This document shows positions 24,091 to 28,113 of a stretch of 28,113 bases of DNA, in pieces. The stretch is taken from assembly GCA_964492885.1 (NCBI GenBank), contig CAZBMI010000001.1, forward strand, positions 1 to 28,113, read 5' to 3'. This stretch comes from an uncultured Planctomycetia bacterium (GTDB taxonomy: Bacteria; Omnitrophota; Gorgyraeia; JABMRG01). The translations under genes and the position numbers were made by a program. Positions within the stretch are counted from its first letter, which is position 1, and every line of letters begins with the position of its first letter. The notes beneath the pieces were generated by a model, which saw only the letters and a program-made list of their open reading frames with translations, was not told the origin of the DNA and ran no database searches.

Positions 24091-25804
24091 CCTCGGTCGT
24101 TATCCTCAATACCTCTTCAATGGTAGTTAATCCCGAAAGCGCTTTTTGAAAGGCATTGTCCCTTAAAGTCTTCATACCGTGGGAAACGGCATACTCTTTT
24201 ATATCATCCGAAGACTTGCCTTTTACCACCATCTCCCTTATTGTATCATCTATTAGCAATATTTCAAGTGTTCCCATTCTTCCGCGGTAACCTGTATTAT
24301 TGCATTTGCTGCATCCTGTACCGTGGTAAAATACAGCGTTCTTTGGCGGGTTTATATTAAGACGCTTTAAAACCGACGGTGTAACTTCACAAGGCTCTTT
24401 ACAGCCTTCGCATATCTTTCTGCAGAGCCTCTGCGCGGCAACAGCTACAAGGCTTGATGTTACAAGAAAAGGTTCGACCCCCATATCGATAAGGCGTGTT
24501 ATCGCTCCGCAGGCATCATTGGTATGAAGAGTGCTTAATAATAACTGGCCTGTAAGAGATGCTTTGATGGCTATATCAGCTGTCTCAAAATCTCTTATCT
24601 CTCCGATAAGCACTATATCGGGCGTCTGGCGCAGTATAGAACGTAACCCCGCTGAAAAGGTAAACTTTATATCGGGGTTTACCTGTATCTGGGTTATTCC
24701 TTCGACCTGGTATTCAACAGGGTCTTCTATGGTGACTATATTCTTCTCCGGGGTATTAAGCTGTGTTATTATAGAATAGAGCGTTGTCGACTTTCCGCTT
24801 CCTGTAGGGCCTGTTACAAGTATCATGCCATACGGTTTGTTTATTGCCTCTTCAAATAGCTTGAGGGGTTCAGGCAGGTAGCCTAACTTATCCAGGCCTA
24901 TGCTGAGGCTTGTCTTATCAAGCGCCCTCATAACTACTTTACTTCCATGGCTTGTAGGAAGTATGGATACCCTGAAGTCAACTTCCTTATCACGCATCCG
25001 TATCCGAAAACGCCCGTCCTGCGGTACGCGCCATTCGGTAATATCCATTCCCGACATTATCTTTATGCGGGTAAGGACGGCGTTTTGGTCCTTTTTTGGC
25101 AAAGAAAAGGCCTTGCGCAGTGTCCCGTCTACCCTGTATCTTACACGAAGGCTTTTCTCCTGAGGCTCGACATGAATATCAGACGCGCGGCTCTCAAGCG
25201 CTTCTGTTATCATCAGGTTCACTACTTTTACTATAGGCGCTACTTTGCTCTGTTTTGTAATCTCCGCGACATCAACTATATCTTCGTTTTCAGCAGCCGT
25301 AAGCTCCATTGAATCGCTCTCTCCGGCCTCTTTGACTTCTTTGAGTATCTGGGCAAGCTGTGTAGACTCCGCCCCGTAATAGTTGTTTATGGCGCCTGAT
25401 ATCTCCTTATCCGTGCTTATTACAGGGTCTATCTTGTAATGAGTCAGTATCTTAATATCGTCTATGGCAAATATATTTAATGGGTCCGCCATACAGAGGG
25501 TCAGGTTATCACCCATCCTCGATACGGGAATCACCTTATACTGCTTTGCTATTCTTTCGGGTATGAGTTTTACGACTTGAGGGTCCACTGAAAAACGGGA
25601 CAGATTGAGTATGGGCAGGTTTAAGCTCGAGCTTAAAAGAAGCGCTAAGTCTTTCTCCTTTATAAAACCTTCTTTAAGCAGTATATTACCGAGGTTGCCT
25701 CCTTCGGCCTTCTGTATCTCTATGGCCTTGTTAAGCTGTTCTTTTGTTATGAGCTTGCTGTTCTCCAAGGCATCGAGCAGTTTCTTTTTAAGTGAAGTTA
25801 CCAT
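24086..25804 (-). CDS. pilB: GspE/PilB-family pilus assembly ATPase, copy 2
   Basis: ASDIHVEP, VPQDGR, Walker A GPTGSGKST, TIEDPVE, LRQTPDIVLIGEIRD, STLHTND, and CEGC...CSKC. Confidence 0.93.
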   Translation of the reverse strand: MVTSLKKKLLDALENSKLITKEQLNKAIEIQKAEGGNLGNILLKEGFIKEKDLALLLSSSLNLPILNLSRFSVDPQVVKLIPERIAKQYKVIPVSRMGDNLTLCMADPLNIFAIDDIKILTHYKIDPVISTDKEISGAINNYYGAESTQLAQILKEVKEAGESDSMELTAAENEDIVDVAEITKQSKVAPIVKVVNLMITEALESRASDIHVEPQEKSLRVRYRVDGTLRKAFSLPKKDQNAVLTRIKIMSGMDITEWRVPQDGRFRIRMRDKEVDFRVSILPTSHGSKVVMRALDKTSLSIGLDKLGYLPEPLKLFEEAINKPYGMILVTGPTGSGKSTTLYSIITQLNTPEKNIVTIEDPVEYQVEGITQIQVNPDIKFTFSAGLRSILRQTPDIVLIGEIRDFETADIAIKASLTGQLLLSTLHTNDACGAITRLIDMGVEPFLVTSSLVAVAAQRLCRKICEGCKEPCEVTPSVLKRLNINPPKNAVFYHGTGCSKCNNTGYRGRMGTLEILLIDDTIREMVVKGKSSDDIKEYAVSHGMKTLRDNAFQKALSGLTTIEEVLRITTEE

Positions 25805-27520
25805 TTAAGTTTCCTGGTCACCTGCGGTTACCCTGACTATTTCTTCAATACTGGTCAGACCTTTTGCGGCTTTCAATATGCCGTCTTCGCGTAATGTTAC
25901 CATGCCGGAGTTTTTTGCCTGCTCCTTAAGCCGGGCCTCTGTGGAGTTATCCATTATAAGCCGCTTTATCTCTGGGTCTAAAGAGAGAGCCTCCATTAAT
26001 CCTATTCTTCCTTTATACCCTGTCCCAAGGCAGAACTTACAGCCTCTGCCTTTGTAAAAAGTCTTGATTGAATTATCCTTTACTCCTATACTCTTTCGCA
26101 GTCCGTCATCTATCGGATAAGGTTCTTTGCATTTATCACATATCTTTCTTACAAGCCTCTGGGCAATAATCATCACAACAGAAGAACTGATTAAAAAGGG
26201 CTCAAGCCCCATGTTGACCATTCGCGTTATAGCTCCTGTGGCGGTATTGGTGTGTATTGTACTTAATACCAGGTGCCCTGTAAGCGCCGCCTTTACCGTG
26301 ATATCCAGAGTATCAAAATCGCGGATTTCACCAACCATTATTATATCGGGGTCCTGTCTCAAAATTGAACGCAAAACAGACGCGAAGGTAAGGCCTATAT
26401 CAGGTTTTACGTTAACCTGGTTTATTCCTTTTAAGTCAAACTCTATGGGGTCTTCCACTGTCACTATATTCTTCTCAGGGTCGTCTATATGATGCAATAT
26501 GGAATACAGCGTTGTTGTCTTGCCGCTTCCTGTGGGGCCGCAGGCAAGTATCATTCCATGAGGCCTTAAAGAATTTGATTTGAGAACATTCAGAGACGTA
26601 TCTGAAAATCCGAGTTTTTCGACATCAAGCGTTGCGTTCGCCTGGTCAAGCACCCTTATGCCCGCTTTCTCTCCCGAGCTTGAAGGAAGTATGGATATCC
26701 TGAAATCTACAGACCTGTTCTTTATCTTCAGTTTGAACCTGCCGTCCTGCGGAAGGCGCCTTTCAGCTATATTGAGTTCTGACATGACCTTTATTCTGGA
26801 TATCACAGCCTCGTGAAGTGTCTTTGGCAGGACGCGGGCAATTTGGAGCATGCCGTCTATGCGGAACCTTACCCTTGTCTCGTTCTCCATGGGTTCAATA
26901 AGAATATCGCTCGCCTTAAGTTTTACAGCCTCAGATAATATCATGTTGGTAGCCTTTACAATAGGCATTTCCTGAGTAAGCTTGACAAGGTCTTCGGCTT
27001 TCAGGTCATCTAAATCCTGCGTTGTAACAAGCAGATCGGGCTCTTCCATGTCTTTTACGACATCCTCTATCTGGTTATGGGTATGTTTCCCGTAATGCTC
27101 TTCAATAGCCGCGTCTATAGAGTTACTGTCAGTAAGCACAAGCCGGACATCAAATCCTGTGAGAGATTTTATGTCATCTATGGCAAATATATTTAAAGGG
27201 TCCGCGACAGCGATAGTTATGGTGGGCCCCATCTTGGAGAGGGGGAGTATGTGGTAGTGGCGGGCTATCTCCCTGGGTATCATCTCGATAACCGCAGGGT
27301 CAGCATTATATTTAGCTAAATTTATAAGGGGGATATTAAGGTCCTGGCTTAAGGTTATAAGCAGGTCCTTCTGCTTAACAAGCCCTAAGTCAATCAGTAT
27401 CTGGCTTAGTTTGCCGCCTTTTTCTTTCTGAAAAAGCAAAGCCTTATCTAACTGGTCCTGGCTTATTATATTGCTTTCTAAAAGCTTTTTAGTTATTCTA
27501 TCCTTTAGAGACAGAACCAT
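25805..27520 (-). CDS. pilB: GspE/PilB-family pilus assembly ATPase, copy 1
   Basis: ASDILIEP, RRLPQDGR, Walker A GPTGSGKTT, TVEDPIE, LRQDPDIIMVGEIRD, STIHTNT, and CDKC...CKFC. Confidence 0.93.
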   Translation of the reverse strand: MVLSLKDRITKKLLESNIISQDQLDKALLFQKEKGGKLSQILIDLGLVKQKDLLITLSQDLNIPLINLAKYNADPAVIEMIPREIARHYHILPLSKMGPTITIAVADPLNIFAIDDIKSLTGFDVRLVLTDSNSIDAAIEEHYGKHTHNQIEDVVKDMEEPDLLVTTQDLDDLKAEDLVKLTQEMPIVKATNMILSEAVKLKASDILIEPMENETRVRFRIDGMLQIARVLPKTLHEAVISRIKVMSELNIAERRLPQDGRFKLKIKNRSVDFRISILPSSSGEKAGIRVLDQANATLDVEKLGFSDTSLNVLKSNSLRPHGMILACGPTGSGKTTTLYSILHHIDDPEKNIVTVEDPIEFDLKGINQVNVKPDIGLTFASVLRSILRQDPDIIMVGEIRDFDTLDITVKAALTGHLVLSTIHTNTATGAITRMVNMGLEPFLISSSVVMIIAQRLVRKICDKCKEPYPIDDGLRKSIGVKDNSIKTFYKGRGCKFCLGTGYKGRIGLMEALSLDPEIKRLIMDNSTEARLKEQAKNSGMVTLREDGILKAAKGLTSIEEIVRVTAGDQET

Positions 27521-27959
27521 AGTAGCGTTTTATCGATTCTTTGATATCGGTTTGAGTACTTACAAAGACCTGAACCTTACAGTTTGTGATAAGCTCGACA
27601 TCCTCTATGGCATGCGTATTAAGCGGGTCAGACATCGCGACAGTAAGTGAATTTCCGATCTTATCAATGGCTATGAGGTTATACTGGCTGGATACGTTTT
27701 CAGGTATAAGCTTTACTATATTGATGTCAACTTCATAATTGGTAAGGGGTAAATACGGGTAGCCGAATTGCGTGGTAAGAGACTGCGCTATCTGCTCTTC
27801 TGTGGCAAATCCCAGGAGAACAAGTATGCCCCCTAAAAGGCCCCCTTTCTCCTTCTGGAGGGCAAGTGCCTTCTGAAGCTGGCGCTGGCTTATCACCTTC
27901 TTATCAACAAGCAGTTCTCCGAGTTGTTTTGATATAAGTCTTTTTGGCGGCGTTATCAT
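27498..27959 (-). CDS. Stand-alone MshEN / T2SSE_N domain protein (no ATPase domain)
   Basis: QLGELLVDKKVISQRQLQKALALQ followed by LLGGILVLLGFATEEQIAQSLTTQ, the tandem MshEN motif, then IPENV...Y.LIAI...VAMSDPLN. Confidence 0.88.
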   Translation of the reverse strand: MITPPKRLISKQLGELLVDKKVISQRQLQKALALQKEKGGLLGGILVLLGFATEEQIAQSLTTQFGYPYLPLTNYEVDINIVKLIPENVSSQYNLIAIDKIGNSLTVAMSDPLNTHAIEDVELITNCKVQVFVSTQTDIKESIKRYYGSVSKG

Positions 27960-27962
27960 GCA

Positions 27963-28113
27963 TTAAACCCTTACCGTGTTTTTGCCCTCGTCTTTTGCCT
28001 GCTTAAGCAGGCTTACTGCCTTATCTATAAGTTCTTTACCTGGGGCGCCGTCTATCGGATTCTCGGCAAGGCCTGCGCTCACTGTAAGAAACTCAGCCTC
28101 TTCCCGGGAATTA
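27963..28113 (-). CDS. 3' end of a GGDEF-domain protein (partial)
   Basis: Hand translation NSREEAEFLTVSAGLAENPIDGAPGKELIDKAVSLLKQAKDEGKNTVRV* resembles the GGDEF C-terminus (TVSxG.A..P.DG...L...A......AK..GKN.V). Only 49 residues are visible. Confidence 0.75.
   Translation of the reverse strand, partial: NSREEAEFLTVSAGLAENPIDGAPGKELIDKAVSLLKQAKDEGKNTVRV

Noticed and set aside
1077-27000. The many other short plus-strand ORFs and nested off-frame minus ORFs in the track
   Set aside because: They lie wholly or mostly within well-supported minus-strand genes and show no recognisable motifs or ribosome-binding sites.
27498-27959. Frameshifted N-terminus of pilB (split pseudogene)
   Set aside because: The downstream ATPase has its own complete N-terminal domain, so the small ORF is an extra gene rather than a broken piece.
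14194-27959. Type II secretion system
   Set aside because: The pilMNOPQ order, PilM actin fold and PilV/W/X-like set indicate type IVa pili, and no GspC/L/M/N set is seen.

Overview
Bacterial chromosomal window with every supported gene on the minus strand. In reading order (right to left): the 3' end of a GGDEF-domain gene; a stand-alone MshEN/T2SSE_N protein; two tandem PilB-type ATPases; a low-GC four-helix-bundle gene bracketed by inverted heptamer arrays; pilC; three paralogous pilins; pilV/W/X-like minor pilins; pilMNOPQ; a short DUF2344 gene; RNase E/G; a K+-dependent membrane pyrophosphatase; mnmA; a MarR-TolC-RND operon with no adaptor gene; tRNA(CAT); a PilZ protein; tilS; and the 5' part of ftsH. 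The architecture resembles Omnitrophota-type pilus loci, but that is an inference and is not confirmed. The intergenic DNA carries several REP-like palindromes. The most unusual signals are: (1) the four-helix-bundle cassette, whose inverted heptamer arrays could pair around the whole ORF and overlap the stop codons on both sides; (2) a 32-52 bp CCCCG...CGGGG hairpin module present four times, three times inside REP loops with short flanking duplications, and once at a site whose empty version is also in the window; (3) a three-level nested palindrome sitting in frame at the start of pilP; (4) a GGDEF-MshEN-PilB-PilB c-di-GMP module. All counts were done by hand from the sequence and no database searches were run.
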